Source of the DNA: an uncultured Nitrospinaceae bacterium
GTDB lineage: Bacteria > UBA8248
Direction of reading: 5' to 3'
NCBI GenBank assembly: GCA_964005815.1
Contig: CAXFSR010000017.1
Span: 128,001 to 192,000 of the forward strand
Length of the DNA: 64,000 nucleotides
This document shows positions 40,915-51,403 of this stretch, one piece after another. The first letter of the stretch is position 1; each line of letters opens with the position of its first letter. The position numbers and the translations under genes are program-made. The notes below the pieces were generated by a model. That model was not told where the DNA came from, searched no databases, and saw nothing but the letters and a program-made list of their open reading frames with translations.

Positions 40915-41499
40915 ATGGCAAAGATACCGCCCAAATTTGTAGGTCTCCAGCATATAGCAATAAAGGTACATGATATTGAATTAGCCCGCCGGTTTTATAC
41001 AGAAATACTTGGATTTACTATTACAGAAAACTATAAACCGGGAGAAATTCCGGATTTTCCTTTTGGATTGTGTTTCATGCGGTGTACGGAACTGCATCAT
41101 GACGTGAATCTTGTCTATTGGCCAAAAGGAGAAGTGAATTCTGAAGAACAGCGTTCCTTTGACTCTATACAAGTAGGAGTTCATCACTTTGCTCTTCAGG
41201 TAGAAAACAGGAATGTGCTAGAAGAGTGGAAATCTCATTTAGAATCAAACGAAATCGAAATTTTCTATGGCCCTGCAATTCATAGTCCTACACATCCAGA
41301 AGGTGATGGATTATGGGGAGAGAATCACGCTTTATATATAAGCGACCCCTCTGGGAACTCTATTGAAATTTTCTGCGACATGGCCCCTATGGACCCATAT
41401 ACCAACAGAGTAAACGAAAAATGGTTTAGAGACCGTCTAAGCAGAGATGGTCATAATCCTATCGACTACGACCCGCCACAAGCAGGAAAGATTGATTAG
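40915..41499 (+). CDS. VOC/glyoxalase-family protein (extradiol dioxygenase-like)
   Basis: LQHIAIKV, FYTEILGF, HHDVNL, HHFALQV and DPSGNSIE motifs. Confidence 0.85.
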   Translation: MAKIPPKFVGLQHIAIKVHDIELARRFYTEILGFTITENYKPGEIPDFPFGLCFMRCTELHHDVNLVYWPKGEVNSEEQRSFDSIQVGVHHFALQVENRNVLEEWKSHLESNEIEIFYGPAIHSPTHPEGDGLWGENHALYISDPSGNSIEIFCDMAPMDPYTNRVNEKWFRDRLSRDGHNPIDYDPPQAGKID

Positions 41500-41548
41500 A
41501 TAATGAAATATGAGTATATTTCTCGTCTGTTTGTAAACAAATAAAATG

Positions 41549-42598
41549 CTATTCGATTTTATAAATTTTCATTGCATTTTCTTTTGAAATTTTAAGTGCA
41601 ATATCAGATGGCAATAAGGACAAAAAATATTTAGTTGCCTTTAGCTTCTGTATATTTCGTCTGCCAAATTGTGCACCTGGTCCAGCTCCTTTTATATCTG
41701 GCGAAATGAAAAATGAGTCAGAACCAATAACAAAACGGTCTGGATGACGATTGAAAAGTTTACTCCAAACGGGTTCTATTTCTCCAAAACTCAGTATTTT
41801 ATTAAACATCGGTGCTCTTCCACCTACTACCCGTAAACTTACATAAAGATTCGGATATTTATCCATCAAAGAACTTATCAAAGAAGCAGACATTGAACCC
41901 AAAGGGTCAGATCCTCCGTGAGCCCAAACAATTTTCGCTTTTAAATTATGAGCCAACAACTTTTTCAAAGCAGGAATTGTTGCTGGCAAGTTATCGGGAT
42001 TATCCGCATCTTTAAAACGAAATGGTGTAGGCATTTCCTTACTTGTCGCATCCATATGCAGATCAATTGGAACATCAAATTGTGCTGCGACATCTGCTAA
42101 AATTTTGAGGAGAGGATGATCTGCTGGAACAAATTCATATGGATGACCAGACACTGCAGAAATATGAAGAGATGCCATTTCACCAAAACCAATAGCACCA
42201 TCTTTCAAAGTTTTAACTGCTAATTTACGAAATTCTCTCTTAATTTCTTTCGTAATTAAACTTTTATCTCTATATTTATGCAATAAAACATTTAAAGACC
42301 CTCCTCCTCCAAGGAACAAAAATCGATCCTTATTTTCATTTAAGGCATCAATAAAAGCAGAATAATCATACCCATCAACGCTTGGGATTTGGGGTGGAGA
42401 CATTATTATTGCTTTTTCGATTCCTATCCGGTTCATTACCTCGAGAGCAGCATCTACTGCACCTTCATAATCTACGTTATCTCCTCTTCCACCGACTAAG
42501 TGAACGTGCACATCAATGAAATCTATAGCCAAAATAGATCTGTTTTGGGAAAAAGAGAAAAACATAAAGAAACATATAAAAACGATAAATTTTTTCAT
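41549..42598 (-). CDS. Secreted amidohydrolase-family protein
   Basis: Signal peptide, IDVHVH, IDLHMD, WAHGG and FVIGSD motifs. Confidence 0.82.
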   Translation of the reverse strand: MKKFIVFICFFMFFSFSQNRSILAIDFIDVHVHLVGGRGDNVDYEGAVDAALEVMNRIGIEKAIIMSPPQIPSVDGYDYSAFIDALNENKDRFLFLGGGGSLNVLLHKYRDKSLITKEIKREFRKLAVKTLKDGAIGFGEMASLHISAVSGHPYEFVPADHPLLKILADVAAQFDVPIDLHMDATSKEMPTPFRFKDADNPDNLPATIPALKKLLAHNLKAKIVWAHGGSDPLGSMSASLISSLMDKYPNLYVSLRVVGGRAPMFNKILSFGEIEPVWSKLFNRHPDRFVIGSDSFFISPDIKGAGPGAQFGRRNIQKLKATKYFLSLLPSDIALKISKENAMKIYKIE

Positions 42599-42683
42599 TT
42601 TCTAAGTTTGACAGAAAAAGTCATAGATTTCTATCAGAAAGAATATTGCAATGAGTAATAAAAGAAAAAATATAAAAAGGTTT

Positions 42684-43064
42684 TTACTTTTTACTCAAAC
42701 CAAAAGTCGCAAGAAAAAGGAAAATCCATCCTATTAAAAATGCGGTACCTCCTACTGGAGCAACAAGTACCAAGGCACGAGAACCAGTAGAACCAAGTAT
42801 ATACAAAGACCCTGAAAACAGAATAGTTCCAATCACAAAAAACCATCCAGAAACGTTCAAAAAACGGGAAGGATATCGTTCTGAGATTAAGAACACTGCA
42901 ACTAATGCTAAGGCATGATACATTTGGTATTCGGCTGCAGTTTTAAAGGCAGCTAGTTCTTTTGGACCAACCTTTCCTTCTAAGCCATGAGCACCAAATG
43001 CTCCAGCAGCAACGGAAATAAAACCGCTTAATGCAGCAATCGTTAAAAATAACTTTTGATTCAT
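42684..43064 (-). CDS. DUF423 (YgdD/TMEM256) membrane protein
   Basis: GAFGAHGL, YQMYHALAL, LFSGSLY and PVGG motifs. Confidence 0.92.
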   Translation of the reverse strand: MNQKLFLTIAALSGFISVAAGAFGAHGLEGKVGPKELAAFKTAAEYQMYHALALVAVFLISERYPSRFLNVSGWFFVIGTILFSGSLYILGSTGSRALVLVAPVGGTAFLIGWIFLFLATFGLSKK

Positions 43065-43085
43065 TTCTAACCTCTTGGAAGCATA

Positions 43086-43841
43086 TTATACCGCCGTAAA
43101 ACCGCCATCAATTAATAGATCTGACCCTGTCATAAAAGAAGATTCATCACTAGCGAGGAACACGGCTCCCGGGGATATTTCATCAGGACGTCCTAAACGA
43201 TCAAACAGAGTGAAATTATTTTGACGTGCATGCTCTACATTATCATAATTTTTTACATAACGACCGGTTTCTATCGGTCCGGGAGAAATAGTATTACAAC
43301 GTATTCCCTGTTTTGCATGATCTAGGGCGATTGCTCGTGCCATATTAATCAATCCTCCTTTAGCGCCGCAGTACCAAGGTCTTCCAGGTCTTGCTACTCG
43401 ACCCAATTGAGAAGCTATCAATATAATGCTGCCTCCTCCGTCTTTTTCCATTTCAGGAATAGCGTGTTTAGAAAACAGAAAAGAACTGTTGAAATTCACA
43501 TCCATTACTCGTCGCCAATCCTCCGCATCTATCTCTGTCAAAGGACCATGCTCAAGATCCATAATTGCGTTACTTACAAGAACGTTAAGTCCCCCGAAAG
43601 AATCAACCGCTAATTTCACAGCATCTTCGGCCGCACTTTCTTGAGAAACATCTCCAACCATAGCTATTGCTTTACCACCATCCTCTCTTATTTTTGCAGT
43701 AGTCTGATTTGCAGATTCTTCATTAATATCCATACAAATTACGGCAGCACCTTCTTTTGCAAAATCGAAACAGATAGCGCTTCCTATGCCACCACCTGCT
43801 CCTGTCACGATTGCTTTCTTATTTTTTAATCGCATATGCAT
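43086..43841 (-). CDS. SDR-family oxidoreductase
   Basis: TGAGGGIG, YCGAK and DGGFTA motifs. Confidence 0.92.
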   Translation of the reverse strand: MHMRLKNKKAIVTGAGGGIGSAICFDFAKEGAAVICMDINEESANQTTAKIREDGGKAIAMVGDVSQESAAEDAVKLAVDSFGGLNVLVSNAIMDLEHGPLTEIDAEDWRRVMDVNFNSSFLFSKHAIPEMEKDGGGSIILIASQLGRVARPGRPWYCGAKGGLINMARAIALDHAKQGIRCNTISPGPIETGRYVKNYDNVEHARQNNFTLFDRLGRPDEISPGAVFLASDESSFMTGSDLLIDGGFTAV

Positions 43842-43964
43842 TTCCTTTTTTTTCTATTTTTTTAAAAACGTAACAAAATATTTTCTAAGTGATTTATAAA
43901 ATATATATCCTAGGAAAATATGAAACAATGAATAATAATATACATATACTACTAAATTATTTTT

Positions 43965-44333
43965 TTGGATATAAAATTAATGAAAGAAAAAGAACAAGTC
44001 TTTAGAGTTGGCGGATTTTGGCGTTGGTTATTCTCTATGATAACTTGGGGTTCATCTGGAGATTTCACATATAATGATGAAGGAATTGAGTATAAAAGCA
44101 ATGTCATGAACTTTGGTGGTCATTTCAAAGCAAATTGGAATGAAATACGAATAATTTCCAAGGGGAAATTCCTTGATTTCATTTTTTTTCCACGCGAATG
44201 CGAAAAAATAGAATTGCAGAACGGTAGAGTTCTAAAAGTAAAATGGCAAACACCATTGTCATTTGAAAACAAAAGCAACAGAGATATTTTTTTCAACTAC
44301 GCTCAAAAGAAAGGGATTAAAATAAAAGATTAG
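43965..44333 (+). CDS. Hypothetical protein
   Basis: Fills the gap between minus-strand genes; start could be ATG at 43980. Confidence 0.6.
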   Translation: MDIKLMKEKEQVFRVGGFWRWLFSMITWGSSGDFTYNDEGIEYKSNVMNFGGHFKANWNEIRIISKGKFLDFIFFPRECEKIELQNGRVLKVKWQTPLSFENKSNRDIFFNYAQKKGIKIKD

Positions 44334-44338
44334 GATTC

Positions 44339-44650
44339 CTATTCATAAGAGCAACAATAATCCGTAATTTGATGAATTCTCACATTAAAGGTACTAGTTG
44401 CAGGAACATCAAAAGTCTCCCCTTCTACTATTCTCACCCAATTAGATTGTCTGGGTAGGAGAACATCAAGTTCTCCATTTAAAATTTCCATCTGCTCTTT
44501 TTTCTGGGTACTAAATTCATATTCGCCAGGCAACATAACCCCAAGAGTTTTAATTGTTCCATCTGAAAATTTTACAGTATGACTAATAACTTGTCCTTCA
44601 AAATAAATATTTGCTTCCTTTACAATAGAAACGTTATCAAATTCTGTCAT
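44339..44650 (-). CDS. ppnP: Pyrimidine/purine nucleoside phosphorylase (DUF1255)
   Basis: ANIYFEGQVISH, TLGVMLPGEYEFST and DYCCSY motifs. Confidence 0.9.
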   Translation of the reverse strand: MTEFDNVSIVKEANIYFEGQVISHTVKFSDGTIKTLGVMLPGEYEFSTQKKEQMEILNGELDVLLPRQSNWVRIVEGETFDVPATSTFNVRIHQITDYCCSYE

Positions 44651-44697
44651 TTTCCACTCCCTAAATTTACTTTTAGTTACTTTCTAACTTCTCATAA

Positions 44698-45663
44698 TTA
44701 TACAAAATCATGTTTTTGATTAATTTGCATCAAAAATGCATGAATTGTTTTGGTAGTAGGAACAGAAATACCATGCTTTGCTGCATATCGTATAACGGCG
44801 CCCGTCATGGCATCCGCTTCCAGAGGATTCCCTGCTAGTTTGTCTGCAAGCATGGATGTAGTTCCATCAGGAGGCTGTCCATGAATTCGTTCTATCACCT
44901 TCTCTGCAAAATCTAGTGGCAATTTAGCTCCTTCTGCTCTTCCAACTTCCGCACATTCTTTTGTCAGTTCATAACACACGTTCGACACAGAAGGCTCTGA
45001 TACAATTCCTCTACCTGCAGACGTTATCGCTGTTGCAGGACCAGCAGCCACATTGACGCATAGCTTACTCCAAGTCTCAGTAGTGAAATCAGTAGTTAAT
45101 TCGACAGAAAGATCCGTCTTAGAAAAGATATCCTGCAAGTCCCTTCCCTCTTCTGAATCTGAAGCAATCAGTTTTGCATGAGAATTCTGCGTAACTTCAC
45201 CCGGTGAAAATCTATCAGCCGGACAATTAACTACTACCGGAAGTATTTTTGCTCCAAAAGAAAAAGGAGCAACTCTCTCGAAATGCTCGACACCGTTTTG
45301 TAAAACTGCTATTGATGCTTTTGAACCACACAGTGCACGCAACCAACCAGATGCACCCTCAACTTGATGCCCTTTTACCGCAAGAAGAATCCAGTCAACT
45401 GGGGATACTTTGCTTGGATCTGTTTCACAGCGAACAGGACAGGAAATCTCATTTAAAGAAATATTTCGCACCTTCTCTTCTATATTTTTTCTTTTAGTGG
45501 GATGCATGTCTACGCGCATATCTTGACCAGAAGGGAGCGTGACCTTAACCAAATCGAATGGAGTTCTCACACAGAAAATGACTTCATGGCTTGTAAAAAA
45601 AGCCAACCTAGCACCAAAAACACAACCTATTGCACCAGCTCCAACTACTGCTATTTTAGACAT
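44698..45663 (-). CDS. panE: 2-dehydropantoate 2-reductase family protein
   Basis: VGAGAIG, LAVK, LQNGVE, WSKLCVN and SMLAD...E motifs. Confidence 0.82.
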   Translation of the reverse strand: MSKIAVVGAGAIGCVFGARLAFFTSHEVIFCVRTPFDLVKVTLPSGQDMRVDMHPTKRKNIEEKVRNISLNEISCPVRCETDPSKVSPVDWILLAVKGHQVEGASGWLRALCGSKASIAVLQNGVEHFERVAPFSFGAKILPVVVNCPADRFSPGEVTQNSHAKLIASDSEEGRDLQDIFSKTDLSVELTTDFTTETWSKLCVNVAAGPATAITSAGRGIVSEPSVSNVCYELTKECAEVGRAEGAKLPLDFAEKVIERIHGQPPDGTTSMLADKLAGNPLEADAMTGAVIRYAAKHGISVPTTKTIHAFLMQINQKHDFV

Positions 45664-45687
45664 TATACCTCGTAAAACTGATATTGG

Positions 45688-46026
45688 TTAAACACATCCA
45701 GGTCCTCTCACTTCTTGATCTGATGCATTTTCTGGAACTAAACTCGCAAGAAACCTTTGAGGATCTTTTTCAAACTCTTCGCTCATAGATTGCAATTGGG
45801 AAAGCAACAATTCTTTTTTCATCAAACCAATTTTATAAATTCCTATAGGATTTACAAGTTTCATGAAATAATGATTGGGAGCACCATATTCTACTGAACA
45901 ATTCGAAGGTTTCTGAGCCACCAATAACTGATCCGAAAAAGTATTGACAAATGTAATAAAAATCGGTTCTTCTTTAAGATCATCAGGGATTTCGGGAAAT
46001 CGAGATACAATTTCTTCAACCAACAT
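45688..46026 (-). CDS. Hypothetical protein ending in GPGCV
   Basis: AGGAG RBS before ATG at 46026; lies within the SDR-CMD-panE run. Confidence 0.7.
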   Translation of the reverse strand: MLVEEIVSRFPEIPDDLKEEPIFITFVNTFSDQLLVAQKPSNCSVEYGAPNHYFMKLVNPIGIYKIGLMKKELLLSQLQSMSEEFEKDPQRFLASLVPENASDQEVRGPGCV

Positions 46027-46064
46027 GTTTATCTCCTTTCTTATACTCAAAAGATAAAATAATT

Positions 46065-46442
46065 TTAACTATTTTTTTCTTCATCAATTACCTCTTTTAA
46101 TGCCTCGCATCCAGCAATAAGTACCATCATACCACAAGGAGCAAGAATAGATTCAAATGCTTCCAAACATTCCTGATATGTTGCTCCTAATTTAATCGCT
46201 CTTTGCAAATGAAGTTTGATTTGACTGTGAGCAGAAGGATTACGAACTGCAATTGCTATAGATATAAATAGTTCACGGAGTTTCTCAGGCATCTCATTCT
46301 CTTTGCCCATGATATAATCCTTGAGATTTTCATACCGCTCAATAAGTTCAGGATCCATATCGCAAAGAAGTTCAAATGAAGGAAACACAAATCCTCTTTT
46401 CGAGAGCATTTCTTCATATTTTTTTCTTCCAATTTTATCCAT
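46065..46442 (-). CDS. Carboxymuconolactone decarboxylase (AhpD-like) family protein
   Basis: PEKLRELFISIAIA...KLHLQRAIKLGATYQECLEA pattern. Confidence 0.85.
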   Translation of the reverse strand: MDKIGRKKYEEMLSKRGFVFPSFELLCDMDPELIERYENLKDYIMGKENEMPEKLRELFISIAIAVRNPSAHSQIKLHLQRAIKLGATYQECLEAFESILAPCGMMVLIAGCEALKEVIDEEKNS

Positions 46443-46463
46443 GAAATCACTCTACCTCATTAT

Positions 46464-47210
46464 TTAATCTGTATAATAGCCACCATTAACATCAAATGCT
46501 TCTCCTGTAATATGTGCTGTTTCTTCACTTGCTAAAAAAAGAGTGGCAGAAACAATTTCCTTAGGCATTGCAAATCTTCCCATTGGATGTTTAGCCAAAG
46601 AAGCTTTCAAAGTATTTGCATCAAATTGGCTCATCATATGTCCATCTATAGGACCTGGAACTAAACAATTCACTGTAACTTTGGTTTTCGCAAATTCTCT
46701 AGCTAGATTAAATGTCATAGCTAAAATTCCACCCTTGCACGCACCATAAGTCAGGTTCGTGCCTATTCCTCCATGTTTTCCTGCACCTGAACCAAATAAA
46801 ATAATTCTACCTGAAGCAGACTCACATAAAAAAGGAAAAGACTCTTGTATGAAAAAATAGGGCGCAAGTAAATTAATATTTAAAGCATATTTCCAGTCAC
46901 TTTCACTGAGAGACAAAGGATCATTTACTTGCATATATGCTGCTGTGTGAATAAAGATATCACATCCTCCTAACCAATTCAGACTCTGTTGCGCAATATC
47001 CTTAATTTGTTCTGTTTGATTAAAATCAATAGAAACATATTTCGCAGTTCCTTTTATATCTTCCATAGCGTTGACTTTCTCGGGACTTCTTCCCACACCA
47101 AAAAGCTTCGCTCCAGACTTCAAAAAAGAATTCGCAAGAACACTTCCAACATCACCTGTCACTCCAGTGAGAAGAACTTTTTTCCCTTTAAAATCAAAAT
47201 CAAGTGACAA
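46464..47210 (-). CDS. SDR-family oxidoreductase
   Basis: TGVTGDVG, YGACK and DVNGG motifs. Confidence 0.88.
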   Translation of the reverse strand: MSLDFDFKGKKVLLTGVTGDVGSVLANSFLKSGAKLFGVGRSPEKVNAMEDIKGTAKYVSIDFNQTEQIKDIAQQSLNWLGGCDIFIHTAAYMQVNDPLSLSESDWKYALNINLLAPYFFIQESFPFLCESASGRIILFGSGAGKHGGIGTNLTYGACKGGILAMTFNLAREFAKTKVTVNCLVPGPIDGHMMSQFDANTLKASLAKHPMGRFAMPKEIVSATLFLASEETAHITGEAFDVNGGYYTD

Positions 47211-47323
47211 AGAACTTTCCCCTTATAAAAAAAACGTGTAAAAAGAATAAAGGATCGTCGCTATTGTTTTATAAAACAAAAACCGTTACTCAGTATACCT
47301 TAAAATTCACTTCAGGAGTTTTC

Positions 47324-48589
47324 ATGAATATAGTAGAAGATCTTGAAAAAAGAGGACTACTACACGATTACACAGACAATCCAGAAATGATCGATGCACT
47401 TTCCAAGAAATCTGTAAGTGTATACTGTGGTTTTGATCCTACAGCAACTAGCCTCCATATTGGAAGTCTCATGCCGATTATCTCCCTCGCAAGATTCCAG
47501 AAATATGGACATACTCCAATCTTACTTATTGGGGGCGGTACAGGAATGATCGGAGATCCTTCTGGCAAGTCTGAAGAGAGGAATCTTCTTGATGGAGAAA
47601 TTTTAGAAAAAAATATAGCGGGTATTACATCTCAGTTACAAAACTTAATTGATTTTGATTGTGGAACAAACTCCGCAAAGATTTTAAATAATAATAGTTG
47701 GCTTAGCAAAATGAACATGATTGAATTCTTAAGAGATATTGGAAAGAATTTTTCAATAGGATACATGATGTCAAAAGAATCTGTGAAGAACCGAATAAAC
47801 GAACGTGGTATTTCCTACACAGAATTTACATACATGATTCTTCAAGCCTACGATTTTCTTCACTTATTCGATACCGAAAAATGTCAATTGCAAATAGGTG
47901 GATCAGACCAATGGGGAAACATAACTGCGGGAATTGAATTGATTCGTAGAATGAGAGCACAAAACTTATGGGGCATTACATTTCCTTTAATCACAACTTC
48001 AAGCGGAAGAAAGTTTGGAAAAACTGAAAAAGGAAATATTTGGCTAGACCCTAAACTAACCAGTCCATATCGTTTTTATCAATACTGGATACAAACAAAC
48101 GACGACGATGTTATTAAATTCCTATCTTTCTTTACTTTCCTCACAGAAAAGGAAATTAAAGAAATTGGAACCTCACAAAAAGAAAACCCGGAAAAAAGAG
48201 AAGCACAACTTGAACTTGCAAGGCTAGTCACTTCTTTTGTACATGGAAACTCTGCAACAGAAAGCGCATTGAGAGTTTCCGATTTACTTTTCACAGGTAA
48301 TATAGATGGGATAAGTGAGGAAGATTTAGTTTCTGTCACTAATGAAATGCCTCATACTGTGTACGAAAACGATTGTCCAATTTTGCTAATAGATATCTTA
48401 ACCGAAACAGGTATGTCTAAATCGAAGAGTATGTCTCGAAAGGATATTGCAGGAGGAGGAATTTATCTCAACAACGAAAGAATCACAGAAGAAAAAACAG
48501 AAATTTTGGACAAACAACTTCTTTTTGGAAAATACTTCCTGCTTAGAAAAGGAAAGAAAAATTATCACTTAGTTGAAATAAAAAATTAG
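47324..48589 (+). CDS. tyrS: Tyrosine--tRNA ligase
   Basis: YCGFDPTATSLHIGS, QIGGSDQWGNI, KFGKT and S4 domain; ATG at 47324 follows AGGAG. Confidence 0.97.
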   Translation: MNIVEDLEKRGLLHDYTDNPEMIDALSKKSVSVYCGFDPTATSLHIGSLMPIISLARFQKYGHTPILLIGGGTGMIGDPSGKSEERNLLDGEILEKNIAGITSQLQNLIDFDCGTNSAKILNNNSWLSKMNMIEFLRDIGKNFSIGYMMSKESVKNRINERGISYTEFTYMILQAYDFLHLFDTEKCQLQIGGSDQWGNITAGIELIRRMRAQNLWGITFPLITTSSGRKFGKTEKGNIWLDPKLTSPYRFYQYWIQTNDDDVIKFLSFFTFLTEKEIKEIGTSQKENPEKREAQLELARLVTSFVHGNSATESALRVSDLLFTGNIDGISEEDLVSVTNEMPHTVYENDCPILLIDILTETGMSKSKSMSRKDIAGGGIYLNNERITEEKTEILDKQLLFGKYFLLRKGKKNYHLVEIKN

Positions 48590-48601
48590 TGTTTTGAAAA
48601 A

Positions 48602-49966
48602 TTACTTAGATAGTTCTTCTAAAATTGCAATCTTCATATCTTCTTCATCACCATCGAAATTTTCAAATATATAATTGGAGACCATAATCTTTACTTTCTG
48701 AATATGCTGTTGAAAATCCTCCAAATACCTCGACACCCCAAACCGAAGATTTTTCTCTTGGTCTTGAACGAAAATGTCCAAGCGTATATCTCTTTGTATC
48801 AATAAATTCATTGCACACAGGAGTTCTTTTTTTTCATTAAGATCAAAAATAATTTTCCTTTCAATTTCACCTCCAAAAACTAGTCGAAGAATAAATTTCG
48901 AATCTGATAAAAAATCAGGAGCCAGAAACCGAACATTTGTGAATTCAACTCTTGAATTTGCGTGTATTCCCACAATAAGATACGTATCCATTCCAACAAA
49001 GAATCTGAATAATTCACTTACTTCATTTTGTTTGATTTCATTTTCAAAGAGTTCTGTAATCCAATCGGGCAATCTTTCTCGACCGGGATAGGCAATTGGA
49101 GTTTCGCCTTCATCAAGTAATCTAAGACGGCTTGCCCAAGTTAGGATTGAATCAAAAATCGGAGGGGAAAACGTAACTAGTGCTTTTTCCCATGGCAAAA
49201 TTCCGTCAAGGAATCCTTTCATACTTCTGGTAATCTCATGACAGAAATTTAACACATGAGTAGTTTTTGTTTTATCTTTAATAGAATACAAGTTACTTTT
49301 TACGTATTCTAGAATTTTTACTCTGCTAACTAATTCATTAAAATCAACGTGGTCACATATATCTGTATATCCAGAATAATCATGCTGAATATACTCTGGA
49401 AAAAAAATGGTGATTTGTTCATAAAAATCACTTGATAGAGTTTCTAGACCACGATTGATACTCTGAAGGCGTTTTGAAAAATTTTTCGCTTTTTCAATCG
49501 TAAAACGAACGGCATCTGCGTCTTCTATTTTCCAAAATTCTCTCAATTCATCTTTCATTTGCTCTTCATTTAGATTTTCCTTTGCTAGTCTAACAGTCAA
49601 AAGACTAAAGAAAGCATCCCTAGCTAATGCAAGTGATGACAACTTGCCAGGAGTGGAACTCAAAGAAGTAAGTAAAAGATAAAGTGTCCCAGGTTGAATC
49701 TCAGGACCATTTTTATAAAAAAGGTCTTTTAGATTATTTAAGTCTTTAAAAACTACATCAAAAGTTAATCCACTTAAAAGTCTTAGGCTTGCGAATGAGA
49801 GGGGGAGAACTTCTTCATATATTGCAATTTCTCCTGTATCTTTAAAGAAAGAAACGTGAATCATTTCTCTTATTTCTGATTCAACCGGACCAAAACTTTT
49901 TTCTAAATAAAAAATTGACCTTTTACTGATCCAATTCAACAAATCGTCGTTCTTAATTATTTGCAT
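48602..49966 (-). CDS. Hypothetical protein, 454 aa
   Basis: Long ORF co-oriented with upstream genes; no family recognised. Confidence 0.75.
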   Translation of the reverse strand: MQIIKNDDLLNWISKRSIFYLEKSFGPVESEIREMIHVSFFKDTGEIAIYEEVLPLSFASLRLLSGLTFDVVFKDLNNLKDLFYKNGPEIQPGTLYLLLTSLSSTPGKLSSLALARDAFFSLLTVRLAKENLNEEQMKDELREFWKIEDADAVRFTIEKAKNFSKRLQSINRGLETLSSDFYEQITIFFPEYIQHDYSGYTDICDHVDFNELVSRVKILEYVKSNLYSIKDKTKTTHVLNFCHEITRSMKGFLDGILPWEKALVTFSPPIFDSILTWASRLRLLDEGETPIAYPGRERLPDWITELFENEIKQNEVSELFRFFVGMDTYLIVGIHANSRVEFTNVRFLAPDFLSDSKFILRLVFGGEIERKIIFDLNEKKELLCAMNLLIQRDIRLDIFVQDQEKNLRFGVSRYLEDFQQHIQKVKIMVSNYIFENFDGDEEDMKIAILEELSK

Positions 49967-49984
49967 AGGAGTGACCCTATTTCT

Positions 49985-50188
49985 TCACTTTTTTTGATTA
50001 GTAGAGATTGCAGAAGATTCAGGCAAAAAACGATTCTGTATAATTCTTCCAGAATAGAAAAGAAGTATCGCTGTAGCCAGAAAAATTAACTGAATTCCAT
50101 AAGATGCGGGATTATACATCCCCCATATAAGAGCTACACAGCAGTCAATCATAGCAATAAATTGGAGAATTCGTGAGAAAATATACAT
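49985..50188 (-). CDS. Small hypothetical membrane protein
   Basis: TAATG stop/start coupling with the aminotransferase; two hydrophobic segments. Confidence 0.7.
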   Translation of the reverse strand: MYIFSRILQFIAMIDCCVALIWGMYNPASYGIQLIFLATAILLFYSGRIIQNRFLPESSAISTNQKK

Positions 50189-51384
50189 TATTTAAGCATA
50201 CTAACAGCAGTTCTAATCCTATCAATTCCCTCTAAGATATTCTCTGTTGAGGTGGCATATGAGAAACGTATAAAATTGTCATCTCCAAACCCAGCACCAG
50301 GAACGGCAGCACATCTGGCATGTTCTAAGAAGAAAAGACCAACATCTACAGAATTTTGAAGAATTCCCTCCGGCCCTTCCAACCCAAAAAGACCGTTAAT
50401 TCTTGGAAAAACATAAAATGCGCCCTTGGGCATGACAACATCAATCCCATCTATACTACGAAGTCCTTCAACAATTTTCTTTCTTCTTTCATCATACTTA
50501 CTTATCCAGTCATTAAGAAAGTCATGAGACCCTTGTAGTGCAGCAATTCCACCATACTGAGCAAACGTAGTGACATTACTTGTACTTTGTCCTTGCAAAG
50601 TATCCATAGCTTTAATTATTTCAGGTGGACCCAGAGTATATCCCATTCTCCAACCAGTCATCGCGTAAGTTTTTGAGAATCCATCCAAAATTAATGATTT
50701 ATTCTTCATCTCTTCAGAGATACTGGCGATAGAAACATGTTCCTCTCCATCATATAAAATCTTCCCGTAAATCTCATCAGAAAGAATCATTGCATTAGAG
50801 TCTAAGATAACTCTAGAAAGTTCTTCTAACTCAGTTTTTGTATAAACACACCCTGTAGGATTACAGGGACTATTGATAACAACTAATTTTGTCTTTGGAG
50901 TAATAGCCTTTTTAAAATCTTCTGCTGTTGCTTTAAAAGCATTCTCTTCTTTCGCTTCCACTAGGACAACTTTTGCTCCAGTAAGATTCGCAACTGGTTC
51001 ATAAGCAACCCAAATAGGTGATGGAATAACAACCTCATCGCCTTCCTCAAGAAGACAATGAAGTGCATTAAAAACAGATTGTTTCCCTCCAACTGTTACA
51101 ACTACCTCTTTCTCAGAATCATAAGAAATGCCCTTATTATCAAGAACCCAATTACATATCTCCTCTCTCAGTGAGGGAATACCCTTTACAGCAGTATATT
51201 TAGTCTGCCCATCAAAAAGAGCTTTAGATGCAGCTTCTTTGATATGAACTGGAGTATCGAAATCCGGCTCTCCAGCTGCAAATGAAATAACGTCTACACC
51301 TTTTGCTCTCAATTCTCCAGCCTTCGTATTCATTGCAAGCGTTGGAATCGGAGGTAATTTTTCCATCCTTGATGATAATTTCAT
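50188..51384 (-). CDS. Class I PLP-dependent (aspartate) aminotransferase
   Basis: GEPDFDTP, NSPCNPTG, SDEIY and GFSKTYAMTGWRMGY motifs. Confidence 0.93.
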   Translation of the reverse strand: MKLSSRMEKLPPIPTLAMNTKAGELRAKGVDVISFAAGEPDFDTPVHIKEAASKALFDGQTKYTAVKGIPSLREEICNWVLDNKGISYDSEKEVVVTVGGKQSVFNALHCLLEEGDEVVIPSPIWVAYEPVANLTGAKVVLVEAKEENAFKATAEDFKKAITPKTKLVVINSPCNPTGCVYTKTELEELSRVILDSNAMILSDEIYGKILYDGEEHVSIASISEEMKNKSLILDGFSKTYAMTGWRMGYTLGPPEIIKAMDTLQGQSTSNVTTFAQYGGIAALQGSHDFLNDWISKYDERRKKIVEGLRSIDGIDVVMPKGAFYVFPRINGLFGLEGPEGILQNSVDVGLFFLEHARCAAVPGAGFGDDNFIRFSYATSTENILEGIDRIRTAVSMLK

Positions 51385-51403
51385 TTCAAAAAACTCCAAA
51401 TTT

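Noticed and set aside
47204..47323. N-terminal extension of TyrS or a T-box leader
   Set aside because: The AGGAG RBS supports ATG at 47324, and the short intergenic region shows no T-box consensus.
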